A DNA stretch of 64,000 nucleotides from an uncultured Verrucomicrobiae bacterium (lineage in GTDB: Bacteria > Verrucomicrobiota > Verrucomicrobiia > Limisphaerales > UBA11358): assembly GCA_963845665.1 (NCBI GenBank), contig CAWJTA010000002.1:2211388-2275387 (forward strand). Direction: 5' to 3'. The notes beneath the pieces are model-generated. The model was not told the DNA's origin and searched no databases. It saw nothing but the letters and a program-made list of their open reading frames with translations. Below, piece by piece: positions 1-10,573 of the stretch; position 1 is the stretch's first letter; the number at the start of each line of letters is the position of its first letter. The position numbers and the translations under genes were made by a program.

Positions 1-623
1 ACGGGCCATCGGATTATATTGTTCTTACTGGCAACGGCGGCAAACTACCAAACGCAGGATTTGAGCTTCCGCCCCTCGCCGCTGACGGCCCGCTTCCGAA
101 TAACTTCAAATCTTCGGTCTTCACCAGTTCGGGCGAACCGGGTCTGGCGGCAAATGGATCGCCAGACAATGGGGACAACGATAGCTCGTGGTCTGACGTC
201 GAAATGAAGCAATACAACAATATTGTGACCGTTTCAATTGATAAAATAGTCATCGGTTCCTTTACCAACACGACGAGCTTTACCAATGGCTATGTCATGT
301 TGGGTTACGAAGATCCTTATAGTTCAATCGGCGGTGGCGATGCCGCCGTGTATTATTCCAATCTCCGCGTCGTGCGGTTGAGTCCGCCGTTGATCAGCGA
401 GACCACGTTAAACGCCCACACCGCGACGTATGTGTTCGACTTCACCAGCACGGATGGCGAGGTGACTCCGTCGTCGTTCCAGGTCGTGGCCTCTCATTCG
501 GTCCAGGGCCCGTACACGCCAGTAGCGGGAGCGACGATCATCCAGTTGGGCAGCGGGGCTTTCCAGGCCACTGTACCCACCAGCGGAGCCATCGAGTTCT
601 ATCAGATTCAGCAAACGTTATAG
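1..623 (+). CDS. 3' end of a large secreted protein (5' partial, reading frame 3). It has a ConA/LamG-like region and a C-terminal FYxIQQ beta-sandwich module, and is a paralog of the C-terminus of 844..4218.
   Basis: The frame of ORF 204..623 stays open back to base 3. SDVEMKQYNNIVTVSIDK..MLGYEDPY..VYYSNLRVV..FYQIQQTL aligns with SDVEVKQLNGIVTMCIDK..MLGYEDPY..VYFSNLRVV..FYRIQQM of the next gene. Confidence 0.8.
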   Translation, partial: GPSDYIVLTGNGGKLPNAGFELPPLAADGPLPNNFKSSVFTSSGEPGLAANGSPDNGDNDSSWSDVEMKQYNNIVTVSIDKIVIGSFTNTTSFTNGYVMLGYEDPYSSIGGGDAAVYYSNLRVVRLSPPLISETTLNAHTATYVFDFTSTDGEVTPSSFQVVASHSVQGPYTPVAGATIIQLGSGAFQATVPTSGAIEFYQIQQTL

Positions 624-630
624 CAAACAA

Positions 631-672
631 GGCCCGCCGCGCCAACGCGCGGCAGCGGCGGGCCTCTCTTTT
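631..672 (+). terminator. Rho-independent terminator
   Basis: A GC-rich inverted repeat, ggcccgccgc (631-640) and gcggcgggcc (655-664), is followed by tctctttt, 8 nt after the stop codon at 621-623. Confidence 0.7.
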
Positions 673-843
673 AGAAAGTTCAAACGAGCTATAAGAATAT
701 CTAAAACATTTTTGAGACTTTATTTTTTAATTGCCAAAAGTGAGTTTTTACAATTAAATATCTTTTTCCGCGGTGCCATACCGCGGGAAGGCAGTTCTTA
801 CAACAACTTAACAGAAGTAGATTAGGAAGGATTCATTCTCCCG

Positions 844-3800
844 ATGAAAAATCATTGCCGTTGGCTATTGTCTTGTGGGGCCATTGTATTATTCGTTTTA
901 ACCGCCCAAATGGTTAAGGCGGCGCCTTACGCGTCGTGTGTCACAAATAATAACGGAACGATTACGTTTTATCTCAACGAAAATGGCGCTAGCGCGACTG
1001 TTACGTTTGAAGATGGAACGACAAACAACGTTTTCCTGGATGTCAATGCCGGCACCAATGTGATAGGCACAAATTTGCTTTCGAAACCGTATAGTTTCAG
1101 TCTGACTGGCCACTCGAGCTACGCGATTGCAGTCACCAAGCTTGGAACCGGTACCCCGAGTCTCATACCAAATTACATTCAAGCCACCAACACAAGCGTG
1201 TATTCCGGAAACTATGTCCTTCAGGGTTTTGGCGATCCGCGCGGTCTTGCCGTGAACGCAAACCCAATCTCTCCCTATTTCGGCCGGATTTATGTCTCCA
1301 GAGGCGGTGTCAACGCCGGGCAGCCACAATTTTACGATATGAACGCTGACGGTTCGTTTAGCACGGCCGGTGCCGGGGGTTCCACAGCCGGTGTGGCGTG
1401 GGTTATAGGCTCGCCTTATTCGAGCCCCGATAAAATCTCCCTGGCAGCGAACGATGATTTGGTGGTCGGAGATTATTCCGAAAACAACGCCGGCGTTTGG
1501 CTCGTGGATCCGAACCTGACGACAAACCAACTGCTTCTCGGGCCGATCGGCGACGTGAATGGAATAGCTCAAGGCGTGCACGGCGCTGAGGTGGGGCCGC
1601 CGGTGCTGCTGGGCAATATCACCAATGGCGCGACCCTGCTGACGGTTGACGGGGATCTGTACACGAACAAAGTCGAGATCTATTCCAATATCACGCTGTC
1701 AGCGCTGGCGGCTTCGTCCCCAAACGGCTGGCAAAACGTTCCCGATCTGACAGGCCCCCAGGTCGCTATCAATTTGCCGGAAAACCCCAGTGGGCCCGGT
1801 TACTACTTCTTTCCGAGTTTGCAGATCGGTGCCAATGGCTACCTTTATTCCGGAGAGTATCGATACGGAATTGGTTCGGGCGATTATGCGTTTGTACAAG
1901 TATATGACAGGACCTTTATCAATCAGCTTTGGAATTCGCGATATAACTCAGGAAGTTCAGATTATTTCTACACTGAAGCCAGCGGCGGCAACGCCAAATA
2001 CAGTCCCACCAGCGTCTCTGTATCGCCGGATGGCAAATATCTGGCCACCGTTGCGACGGACAATCATATTACACTTTGCCTGCTGACCAACGGCATCCCA
2101 AATGTCTCGACAATTTCCACCATTGCTCCCGTCAGATTTTATAATAACACCGGCACGTTAACCAGCGATGGCGGCGACGAGATAGCATGGGATGGGGCGG
2201 ATAATATGTATGTCCTCAGCGCTTCGGATTATGGCCTGACGACCTGGACACTGGGGCAGAGCGCCACTTATACGACCTACGGCAATGCCAATGGCGTCAC
2301 CAATTTTGTCGGAGTAACGCTGACCCCGTCGGTCAGTGTTTACGCAACGAACGCCACGGTCATTTCGGAGCCCAATACCCATGGAAATCCGACAAACACC
2401 GTGTTTACGCTTGTCCGATCCGGAGGCAACCCCGGTGCGCCTTTGACAGCGAATTTCACCTATGGTGGAACCGCTCCCAGCACCATTTACAAGGTTGGTT
2501 CGTCCGCGAGCGTCGTCTTCGCGGCGGGTCAAACCGTGACCAATATCACAGTTTATACGGTGAGCGATACGACTCCGCGGTTGACGACTTACCTGACCCT
2601 GAACGTTTCATCCTCGATGAATTATAACGTGGGCAACAATTCGGCCACGATCAGCATCATGAATACGGCCACGCCTGAATTGGAGGCCGCTGCGGGCCTG
2701 ACCAACATGTATAATGCATTTTCAAACGACTACTGCAGCATGGTGATTACGCGATTGGGCGACACTAATACGAGTCAAACGGTCACATTCTCGGTTTCGG
2801 GCACAGCAGTGGAAGGCACGGATTACACGCCTCCGACCACGGTCACATTCAATTCCGGCGACCTGACGCACACCACCTACATTTATCCGCTCGTGGGCGG
2901 ACAAATCCCGACTCACAATCCCAATCTGCCTTATACCGGCAACAAAACGGCGGTCATCGGTCTCAGCGCCGGTTCGGGATACACGGTGACCACGACCACG
3001 GCGACGATGACGATTGTCGACAGCGCGTCGCCCGCGGCTCACGTGTTATTCTTCGATCCGCTGACCAATGCACTGGACGCGACGAACTGGGGAATTAACG
3101 CAGCCAACGGAAATTTGGATAACCTCTCTCCGAATACGACTGTGCAATTCGGCATGAATCTATACAATACGCCGTCTTATCCCATTCCCGCTCCGCCCAA
3201 CGGTGCTACAAACGCGCTGATGATAACCGTGAACAAAGCCGGAACGCCGGGAGACATAAGCGACAATCCGATGACGGCGGTAAATGCTTACTTTACAAAC
3301 CAGCTATTTAGCGGCAACTACGCCGTTCGATTCAATATGAACATCCTTCAAGGTGATTCCACTACCCTGGAATATTATCCCACGGTGTATCCATATAGCG
3401 ACACTATACCGTATGATGCTGAGGAAGGCCCCGTGTATGGCATCGACACCAGCGGCGCCGCCACAAATTGGTTTGCCGGTAATCTCTTTGCTCTTGGCGA
3501 CACTCAAACGAACTTCGTGGCCGACGGTGTTTGGTACTTTGTCTCCGACAACGGTGGAGACCTATATAATACGGCACAATACCTGGAGTTTACCGGCTTT
3601 GGCCCTCTGCCAAACACCGGTTGGACGAACGTTGCCGTGGCGTCGTCGTCAGCATTCGCAACCGAGTTCAAGACAAATGTGTTTACGGCTTATTCCAGCG
3701 CGGAGGTTCCTCCAAATCAGGGAGGATGGGCTGAGGGCGGTCCTGGTTTGGTGGCGAACGGTCCACCGTCACTCGTCGGCTCCAACCCAAACGCCTGGTC

Positions 3801-4218
3801 CGACGTCGAGGTCAAGCAACTGAACGGCATCGTAACGATGTGCATTGATAAGACCCCCATCTTCGTCTATACAAACGTTTCGTCCTTCACGAACGGCATG
3901 TTGATGCTCGGGTACGAAGACCCATACTTCGGAAATGAAAGCGCTGACACAGCAGTCTATTTTTCCAATCTCCGGGTTGTGGCGCTGACGCCGCCTGCCA
4001 TCACGAGCGTTAGCAGCGCGATGAGCCAATTCACGTTCAAGTTCACGACGCCCGACGACACCGTGACGACGTCATCATTTAAGGTGTTGGGTGCGACTGC
4101 GGTCAACGGGCCGTATAGCGCCGTTTCTGGCGCGACGGTCACGCAGTCGAACGGAGTCTTCCAGGCTTCCGTGCCCACCAGTACCGGGAACCACTTCTAC
4201 CGAATTCAACAGATGTAA
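844..4218 (+). CDS. Large secreted multi-domain protein: signal peptide, propeller-like region, two Calx-beta-like repeats, a ConA/LamG-like domain and a C-terminal FYRIQQ module
   Basis: 1124-aa intact ORF. The N-terminal hydrophobic signal is LLSCGAIVLFVLTAQMVKA. The Calx-beta-like signature is TVTFSVSGTAVEGTDYTPPTTVTFNSGD. SVSPDGKYLATVATDNHI is a propeller-type strand. The C-terminal 140 aa are paralogous to 1..623. Confidence 0.85.
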   Translation: MKNHCRWLLSCGAIVLFVLTAQMVKAAPYASCVTNNNGTITFYLNENGASATVTFEDGTTNNVFLDVNAGTNVIGTNLLSKPYSFSLTGHSSYAIAVTKLGTGTPSLIPNYIQATNTSVYSGNYVLQGFGDPRGLAVNANPISPYFGRIYVSRGGVNAGQPQFYDMNADGSFSTAGAGGSTAGVAWVIGSPYSSPDKISLAANDDLVVGDYSENNAGVWLVDPNLTTNQLLLGPIGDVNGIAQGVHGAEVGPPVLLGNITNGATLLTVDGDLYTNKVEIYSNITLSALAASSPNGWQNVPDLTGPQVAINLPENPSGPGYYFFPSLQIGANGYLYSGEYRYGIGSGDYAFVQVYDRTFINQLWNSRYNSGSSDYFYTEASGGNAKYSPTSVSVSPDGKYLATVATDNHITLCLLTNGIPNVSTISTIAPVRFYNNTGTLTSDGGDEIAWDGADNMYVLSASDYGLTTWTLGQSATYTTYGNANGVTNFVGVTLTPSVSVYATNATVISEPNTHGNPTNTVFTLVRSGGNPGAPLTANFTYGGTAPSTIYKVGSSASVVFAAGQTVTNITVYTVSDTTPRLTTYLTLNVSSSMNYNVGNNSATISIMNTATPELEAAAGLTNMYNAFSNDYCSMVITRLGDTNTSQTVTFSVSGTAVEGTDYTPPTTVTFNSGDLTHTTYIYPLVGGQIPTHNPNLPYTGNKTAVIGLSAGSGYTVTTTTATMTIVDSASPAAHVLFFDPLTNALDATNWGINAANGNLDNLSPNTTVQFGMNLYNTPSYPIPAPPNGATNALMITVNKAGTPGDISDNPMTAVNAYFTNQLFSGNYAVRFNMNILQGDSTTLEYYPTVYPYSDTIPYDAEEGPVYGIDTSGAATNWFAGNLFALGDTQTNFVADGVWYFVSDNGGDLYNTAQYLEFTGFGPLPNTGWTNVAVASSSAFATEFKTNVFTAYSSAEVPPNQGGWAEGGPGLVANGPPSLVGSNPNAWSDVEVKQLNGIVTMCIDKTPIFVYTNVSSFTNGMLMLGYEDPYFGNESADTAVYFSNLRVVALTPPAITSVSSAMSQFTFKFTTPDDTVTTSSFKVLGATAVNGPYSAVSGATVTQSNGVFQASVPTSTGNHFYRIQQM

Positions 4219-4316
4219 TGGGACTATTGTAGAAGCGATGAAAATGTGATATTGTTTGCCGGGTGCCTGTGACGAGCAGGTGTCCGGCGCAGTTTGAGAA
4301 AGATTAATGACAAGGT

Positions 4317-5294
4317 ATGAAAACTAGCGCAGCAATGTTTGGGGACTATTTGTTGGGACAAGTGAAAACCAAAAGGAAACGTCGGTTTTTTTCCGAATTA
4401 TCGCCGCGCGCCTTCACCCTGATTGAATTGCTGGTGGTGATTGCCATCATAGCAATTTTGGCGGCTATTCTGATGCCGGTCCTGGCCGCGGCCAAGGCCC
4501 GTTCGCTTCAGGCCCAATGCATCAACAATACAAAGGAACTGGCGGTCGGTTCGGTCCTATATTCCACGGACAATCAGGATTACATGCTGCCGAACTCGCC
4601 CTATGGCTATTTGCCCTATCAATCCTGGTGCCCCAACGCCCTGACAGCTGGGGCGGAAATGAATTGGACTACTGACAAAGGAAACACGAATATCGCCGTT
4701 TATGCCAACACGATTCTGACGCCTTATATGAGCGGGCAACTGGCAGTGTATCGTTGCCCGGCGGACGAGTGGCCTTCGCAGAATGGAGTCAGGATACGTG
4801 ACTATTCAATGCAAGGGCAGGTTGGCAATGCTTATTGCAAAGGCTCCCTCGCTTCCGGGCATGGCACACTTGCCGAAAACCCAACCGCCTTGGCCTACGT
4901 CAAAGTCACTGACATTAGGAGTTCGCCGGGTCCATCCGATGTTATTGTTTTTTTGGAAGAACATCCCAATTCGTTGTTGGGAAATGGTGTATATGACGGT
5001 TATATGCAGATAGATAGCAAGAGCGGGACGTTTCCAGACGTTCCCGGGTCCATACACAGATGGGGTTGTGGAATGGATTTCGCCGATGGCCATGCGGAAG
5101 TGCACAGATGGCTTAAGGGCACCGGGAATAGCAACCCAAATTCGGGAACAATTACTACGCTGCAAATTCCGGTGATTCCGCAAGGAGCCACAATATCAGC
5201 GTCGCCGGCGAAGGTTCAATTGGGGACTTTGGCCCAGGATTGGTATTGGTTTACGACTCATTGCGCGGGTCCAAATCCAACCCCGGGGCAGTGA
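4317..5294 (+). CDS. Prepilin-type N-terminal cleavage/methylation protein with H-X9-DG motif (DUF1559-like pseudopilin)
   Basis: [24 protein letters not shown] is a class III signal. Near the C-terminus, HRWGCGMDFADGH is H, nine residues, then DG. The gene starts 98 nt downstream of 844..4218. Confidence 0.9.
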   Translation: MKTSAAMFGDYLLGQVKTKRKRRFFSELSPRAFTLIELLVVIAIIAILAAILMPVLAAAKARSLQAQCINNTKELAVGSVLYSTDNQDYMLPNSPYGYLPYQSWCPNALTAGAEMNWTTDKGNTNIAVYANTILTPYMSGQLAVYRCPADEWPSQNGVRIRDYSMQGQVGNAYCKGSLASGHGTLAENPTALAYVKVTDIRSSPGPSDVIVFLEEHPNSLLGNGVYDGYMQIDSKSGTFPDVPGSIHRWGCGMDFADGHAEVHRWLKGTGNSNPNSGTITTLQIPVIPQGATISASPAKVQLGTLAQDWYWFTTHCAGPNPTPGQ

Positions 5295-5376
5295 GCCCCT
5301 TTGGCCTCGGAATTCGATCAGTATCATTCATCTCGATTAAAATTAATTCTCCAACTCTTGGGTTTCTCATTATCTT

Positions 5377-6753
5377 ATGCTGACTTTGGAAACACCGGCC
5401 CGCGCTTCGGGAAAAAAATCGCGTGGCGATGCGGCGCCTTCGCTTCTCCCCTCAGGCGTCGTAGAATCGCTTCAGCATCATATCCTGGTGGATGGATTCA
5501 AACTCGTTTTCGACATTCAACAGAGCCGGGGATCACGTTTCATGGATGCCGCGACGGGGCGCGAGTACATCGACCTATACGGCTTTTACGCTTCCCAGCC
5601 CATCGGTTTCAATCATCCGTATTTCAATCGCCCGGAAGTGCGAGGCCGATCTGCTCGCGGCGGCCAAAATCAAAGTGGCCAATGCGGACGTTTATACGGT
5701 CCAATACGCCACATTCATCGAAACCTTCGCCCGCGTCGTGGGCCTGACACCGCTGGAGCGTTATTTCTTCATCGAAGGCGGCGCGCTGGCGGTTGAAAAC
5801 GCGCTCAAGGCGGCCATGGATTGGAAAGTCCGCAAAAACCTCGCCGCCGGCCGGGGCGAACGCGGCACGGAAATCATCCATTTCCAGGGCGCGTTTCACG
5901 GACGTTCCGGCTACACGCTGAGCCTGACCAATACCGACCCGAAAAAGACCGCTTATTTCGCCAAATTTCCCTGGCCGCGCATCAGCACGCCCATGCTCAA
6001 CTTTTCCCTGCCGGAAAACGAACGGATTGCCGACGTGGTGGAAAAGGAGAAGCTCGCCGAAAAACAAATCCGCGACGTGCTGGCGCAAAAGGCGGCGGAC
6101 ATCGCCGCCATCATCATCGAACCCATCCAGGGCGAGGGCGGCGACAACCATTTTCGGCCGAATTGTTCCAGTTGCTGCGCCGGATGTGCGATGAAAACGA
6201 CGTGCTGTTGATTTTTGACGAAGTGCAATGCGGCATGGGCATTACCGGCAAAAACTGGTGCTGCAAGCACTCGGGTGTGTTGCCGGATTTGCTGGTGTTC
6301 GGAAAAAAGGCGCAGGTCTGCGGCGTCATGGCCGGGCCGCGCCTGGATGAAGTCAAGGACAACTGCTTCCGCCTGCCCGGCCGCATCAGTTCGACCTGGG
6401 GCGGCAATTTTACCGATTACGTCCGCTCGACGCATTACCTCCGCATCATCGAAGAGGAGAAACTGGTGGCCAACGCGCGTGACAAAGGGCAGGACTTTTT
6501 GGACGGCTTGCTCGCGTTATCGCGCAAACATCCCGCGCTCACAGCCGCGCGCGGGCGCGGCCTGATGCTGGCCTTTAATCTGCCGGATACCGCGCGACGC
6601 GATGCGTTCTGGAAGGGCTGCTATGAACTGGGCCTGCTGGTCATCCGTTGCGGCGACCGTTCCATTCGCCTCCGCCCCGTTCTCGATGTCAAAGACGATA
6701 TCATCGAATCATCCCTGCGCATCATCGACGAGCAATGTGCGAAGCTAACGTAG
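5377..6753 (+). pseudogene. lat: L-lysine 6-aminotransferase (class III aminotransferase), interrupted by two 1-bp frameshifts
   Basis: The homologous sequence runs through three frames: 5377 (..FYASQPIGFNHPYFNRPEV), 5492 (EADLLAAAKIKVAN..IIEPIQGEGGDNHFR) and 5821 (ELFQLLRRMCDENDVLLIFDEVQCGMG..). There is an extra c at about 5641 and a missing base at about 6155-6158. Confidence 0.85.
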
Positions 6754-6982
6754 GGACGGCGCTTTTCGCAAGTGGCGCTACCACCGCCGTCACCGCGCGT
6801 ATAGCGCGCGGAATATTTGTGGTCGCGGAGCGACAATGGAAAGTAGCCAGACACGGAGTGTCTGGTTAAGTAAGTAAGTAAGAATTTTTGTCCTGAAGGG
6901 ACAACGGAAAATTCCAACCGTCCCTACAGGACGGGACCAGATTTTTGGTCATTTCCAGACACGCCGTGTCTGGCTACTTTCC
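6750..6982. repeat. Composite cluster of REP/MITE-like elements
   Basis: It contains a GTAGGGACGGCGC.. core (6750-6834). Inverted arms ggaaagtagccagacacggagtgtctgg (6838-6865) and ccagacacgccgtgtctggctactttcc (6955-6982) flank TCCTGAAGGGA hairpins. The same words recur at 11838-11908. Confidence 0.8.
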
Positions 6983-7063
6983 GGTTGTGCCTTCGGCACG
7001 ATTTAAGAACGGCGGATGGGCCGGCTGTTTTACTAAATGCATTAATTTAAAATTTCGACGAAG

Positions 7064-8682
7064 ATGAAAACATTACCCAAAACACCCCGCCTTCCCTTAA
7101 ACGGCCGCAACAAACCACGCCGGCCGGCGTCCGGTGCGACGGCGTCCACGAAAAACAACGCTGCCGTGTCGCTCCTGAGATCGCTCGGCATCGGACCGGT
7201 CGTTGAGGGTGTCTTCGATGGCGAATGGCGCGGGTCAGGCCGGGTGCTGGAAAGCTTTTCACCCAACGACGGTGCCTTGCTGGCACAAATCCGCACAGCC
7301 ACGACTGAAGAGTACGAAAGCGCCGCCGCGCGTGCCGCTGCCGCGTTCGAAAAATGGCAGACGGTCCCAGCGCCCAAACGCGGCGAAATCATTCGCCAGC
7401 TTGGCAACGCCTTGCGTGACGCCAAAAAGGATTTGGGCATGCTCGTTACGCTTGAAGCCGGCAAAATCATCGCCGAAGGGCAGGGCGAAGTGCAGGAGAT
7501 GATCGACATCTGCGATTTTGCCGTCGGCCTCTCTCGCCAGCTTTACGGGCTGACCATCGCTTCCGAGCGCCCGAACCATCGCATGATGGAGCAATGGCAT
7601 CCGCTTGGCGTTGTCGGGGTCATCACCGCGTTCAATTTTCCCGTCGCAGTCTGGGCGTGGAACAGCGCGCTGGCTGCCGTTTGCGGTGATTCGACTCTCT
7701 GGAAACCGTCCAGCCAAACGCCGCTTTGCGCCATCGCCGCTATCAAAATCGCCGAAAAAGTTTGCCGCGCCAACGGCGTCGACCCGGCCATTTTCTCGCT
7801 CGTGATTGGCGATGGCCAGACCGTCGGCGAACGTTTGGTGAACGACAAACGGGTCCCGCTCATTTCCGCCACCGGCTCGTGCAAAATGGGGCGCGCGTGG
7901 CCGAAGCCGTCGGAAGACGTTTTGGCCGCACGATTCTCGAACTCGGCGGCAACAACGCCATCATCGTCGGGCCCTCGGCGGACCTGGATCTGGCGATGCG
8001 CGCAATTCTCTTTGGCGCGGTCGGCACGGCCGGCCAGCGCTGCACCACCACGCGCCGTCTCATCGTCCATGAATCCATCCACGACGAAATCGTCCAGCGC
8101 CTGGCGCGCGCCTATGGCCAGGTGCCAGTGGGGAACCCGGCGCTGGGCACGACCCTCATGGGCCCGCTCATCAATACCCAGGCTGTCACGGATATGCAGG
8201 ACGCCCTCGAAAAAGTCCGCGCTCAAGGCGGAAAAATTTTGTTCGGCGGCGAAACCTTGTCCGGCCCGGAATATCCGGGCGGATGTTATGTGCGTCCCTG
8301 CCTGGTTTCCGCAAAGGCCGGCATGAGCATCGTCAGCGAAGAAACGTTCGCGCCTATCCTTTATATCATCCGCTACAAAGAATTTGACGATGCAATTGCC
8401 ATTCAAAATGGCGTGCCGCAGGGTTTGAGCTCGGCCATTTTCACGAATGACATGCGCGAAGCGGAGCAATTTTTATCCGCGCGCGGCAGCGATTGCGGCA
8501 TCGCCAACGTCAACATCGGCACCAGCGGCGCGGAAATCGGCGGCGCGTTCGGCGGCGAGAAAGAAACCGGCGGCGGACGCGAAAGCGGCAGCGATTCATG
8601 GAAGATCTATATGCGCCGCCAGACGGCCACGGTGAATTTTGGCAAGGAACTGCCCCTCGCCCAGGGCATTCAATTTGGCTGA
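7064..8682 (+). pseudogene. pcd: ALDH7-type piperideine-6-carboxylate / alpha-aminoadipic semialdehyde dehydrogenase, interrupted by one 1-bp frameshift
   Basis: There is end-to-end similarity to the ALDH7 family ([68 protein letters not shown]). The frame switches from 7064 to 7726 at about 7891-7897, where ..[18 protein letters not shown] indicates one missing g. Confidence 0.88.
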
Positions 8683-8692
8683 GCCGGCCGAT

Positions 8693-8768
8693 GGTAGGGA
8701 CGGCGCGCTGCGCCGTCACCGCCCGTATACCGGGCGGAACGTTGTGCGAAAGGACGTCCGACTACGCT
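8693..8768. repeat. REP-like element, GTAGGGACGGCGCGCTGCGCCGTCACCGCCCG family
   Basis: The core is near-identical to those at 12827-12900, 56566-56710 (inverted pair), 51855-51900 and 6750-6834. Confidence 0.85.
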
Positions 8769-8890
8769 TGTTGTGAATTCCTTTGCCCCATTTAAAAGTG
8801 GCGCTGCCATCGCCGAGACAAAATAAGAAGGGCGATGTTCCATTTGTCAGTCCTGGCCGGTGGTGCTGCGCTTGACAGGTAGATCAAATA

Positions 8891-8918
8891 CCGTAAATCG
8901 TATATCGTAAATCGTAAA
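8891..8918. repeat. Tandem heptamer/octamer array (CGTAAAT)n abutting a start codon
   Basis: ccgtaaatcgtatatcgtaaatcgtaaat ends 1 nt before the ATG at 8920. The same word is arrayed at 11659-11696 and 10563-10589. Confidence 0.85.
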
Positions 8919-8919
8919 T

Positions 8920-10297
8920 ATGAGCATGCCCAAAAACTTCGATTGGCCCCTCGCCTACGAGGGCGAAAAATTCATCCGCACCCGCCTGGACGAATTTCTC
9001 GCGAATAATTCTGTTGCCCGCCGGCTGGCCGCGCGCATGCGCGATGAAACCGGCACCGACTTTTTCGAATGGGTGGACCATCTCGTTCTGTCCCCCGACG
9101 ACGAGACAGCGCTGGTCAAAGCCGGTTTCGTCCACGATAAAAAGGTCGAGACGCCTCGTGGCGAAGTGGTTTTGGAACATCCGCATGCCACATTGCCGCG
9201 CGTGTTGTTGCGCCGGGGCAAGGCAAATCCCGGCGTCGTCGCCATCAAGCCGGAATTTGTGGCCGATTTTATCGCAGCAAATAATTTGAGCGCCGAACCG
9301 GAAGGCGAACCCCGCTCGCGCTATCGTCGCGTTGTGATCTCGGTGGAAAACGGAGCGCAACTCGAGGCCGTCGAGCGCCGGGCGTATCGCGGCTTTGTGC
9401 CCGCAAAATTAAAGAAAGGCGAAATTGAGGCGATTCTCAAAGCCGCCGAACTTTTCAGCACTCGGCCGCGGCATGCTGAAAACGGATGCGGAAGGTTTTG
9501 GCGTGGCAAAGAAAAGCCTGGGCAAGGCAATTAAACTCGTGGGCCGCGACGTCGCCTGCCAGTTGTTTTTCGAGGCTGAGCGCGCCTGGTGGGAACGCCG
9601 CAATCGCGCCGCCCGATTCCAAAAATTCCGCCAGGACACCCTCGGCCTTGGCTGGGGCAACCATGATCATCACACGTTCCGTTGTTCGCGCGCCCATTTT
9701 GCCGATTTAATCCGGTTTTTGACGACGCTGGGATTTCAAAAGCGCGAGCGCTATTACGCCGGCGCTGAGGCCGGCTGGGGTGCGCAAATCTCCGAACAGC
9801 CTGTTACCGGCGTCGTGGTTTTTGCCGACGTGGACCTGATGCCCGAGGAAACCAGCATTGATTTTTCAGTGAAAAAGCTCCCGCCCGCGCCTCGGCTGGG
9901 CACCGTGGGACTTTGGACTGGTTTGCACGGCGAAAGTTTTCTCCAGGCCGGAATGCACCATCTCGAAGCGCGTTTCGATTTCGCATCCCTGCGCGATCAG
10001 TTGCAATCAAACGGGCTGAATCTGATGAAACCGTTTTCGGATTTCGAATTTCTGCGCCAGGCCTTCACCGAGGGCGACCGCTGGCCGGTGAATCCCGAAC
10101 GCGTCGAACACCTGGCGTCTGCCGGTCTCATCACGCCCGAGCAGCGCGATAAATTCATTCGCGAAGGCGCCATCGGCAGTCACCTGGAAAACCTCCAGCG
10201 CCACGGCGGCTTCAAAGGCTTCAACCAAAAATCCGTCAGCGCCGTCATCTCCGCCACAGACCCAAGAAAACAATCATCGCACGCAACGCCCGCGTGA
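8920..10297 (+). pseudogene. DUF1338/HglS-like (VOC-fold) protein, a candidate 2-oxoadipate dioxygenase/decarboxylase, interrupted by one frameshift
   Basis: Coherent protein sequence continues from frame 8920 (..GEIEAILKAAELFST) into frame 9425 (..MLKTDAEGFGVAKKSLGKAIKLVG..) with a +1 shift somewhere in 9440-9480. The combined length is about 459 aa. The motifs DHHTFR, HHLEAR and GFKGFN..SAVISAT resemble my recollection of DUF1338 signatures. The family assignment is tentative. Confidence 0.45.
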
Positions 10298-10304
10298 ACT
10301 AATT

Positions 10305-10331
10305 TTTGATTTGCGATTTGCGATTGAATTG
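10305..10331. repeat. Tandem word array (TTGCGAT)n
   Basis: The sequence is tttgatttgcgatttgcgattgaattg. Related arrays lie at 15251-15285 and 10563-10589. Confidence 0.7.
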
Positions 10332-10366
10332 CCGTCAGCCAAATTGTCGGCGAAGCCGCAAACTGA

Positions 10367-10432
10367 AAGCCCTGAGAAGGGCGACAGCTAATAGCCCAGG
10401 GCGAGCGAGTCTTTGAGCGCTGCCCTGGGTAT
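10367..10432. repeat. REP-like hairpin element (CCCAGGGC..GCCCTGGG)
   Basis: aaagccctgagaagggcgac is followed by agcccagggcgagcgagtctttgagcgctgccctgggt, which contains an 8-nt inverted repeat. Confidence 0.6.
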
Positions 10433-10573
10433 ATCGGCCCGAAGACCCAGCCGCACTTTGCGAAGCCGCGCGATAGCGCGAATCTGAGTTGCGGCCATCT
10501 CCATACCGTTTCTCGAGCTATGAACGGTCAACCAAAACCGTCTCAACACATCAATTCTTTCCGAATCGTAAAT

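Noticed and set aside
5301-6565. Track ORFs 5301-5747 and 6215-6565 and the N-terminal parts of 5492.. and 5821.. as separate proteins.
   Set aside because: They are out-of-frame readings of lat, Arg/Pro/Ser-rich and without motifs. Only the three homologous segments described under lat are meaningful.
5630-7900. Programmed ribosomal frameshifting as an explanation for the split lat and pcd genes.
   Set aside because: The junctions show no slippery heptamer or downstream structure. The shifts go in both directions (+1 and -1), and the families involved are not known to use recoding. Indel mutations or consensus errors are the simpler explanation.
8891-8918. Possible CRISPR arrays among the many short tandem repeats (8891-8918, 11659-11696, 12623-12744, 60659-62037).
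   Set aside because: The units are only 7-8 nt, or 38 nt with three scattered copies. There are no regularly spaced unique spacers of 25-40 nt, and no cas genes are in the window.
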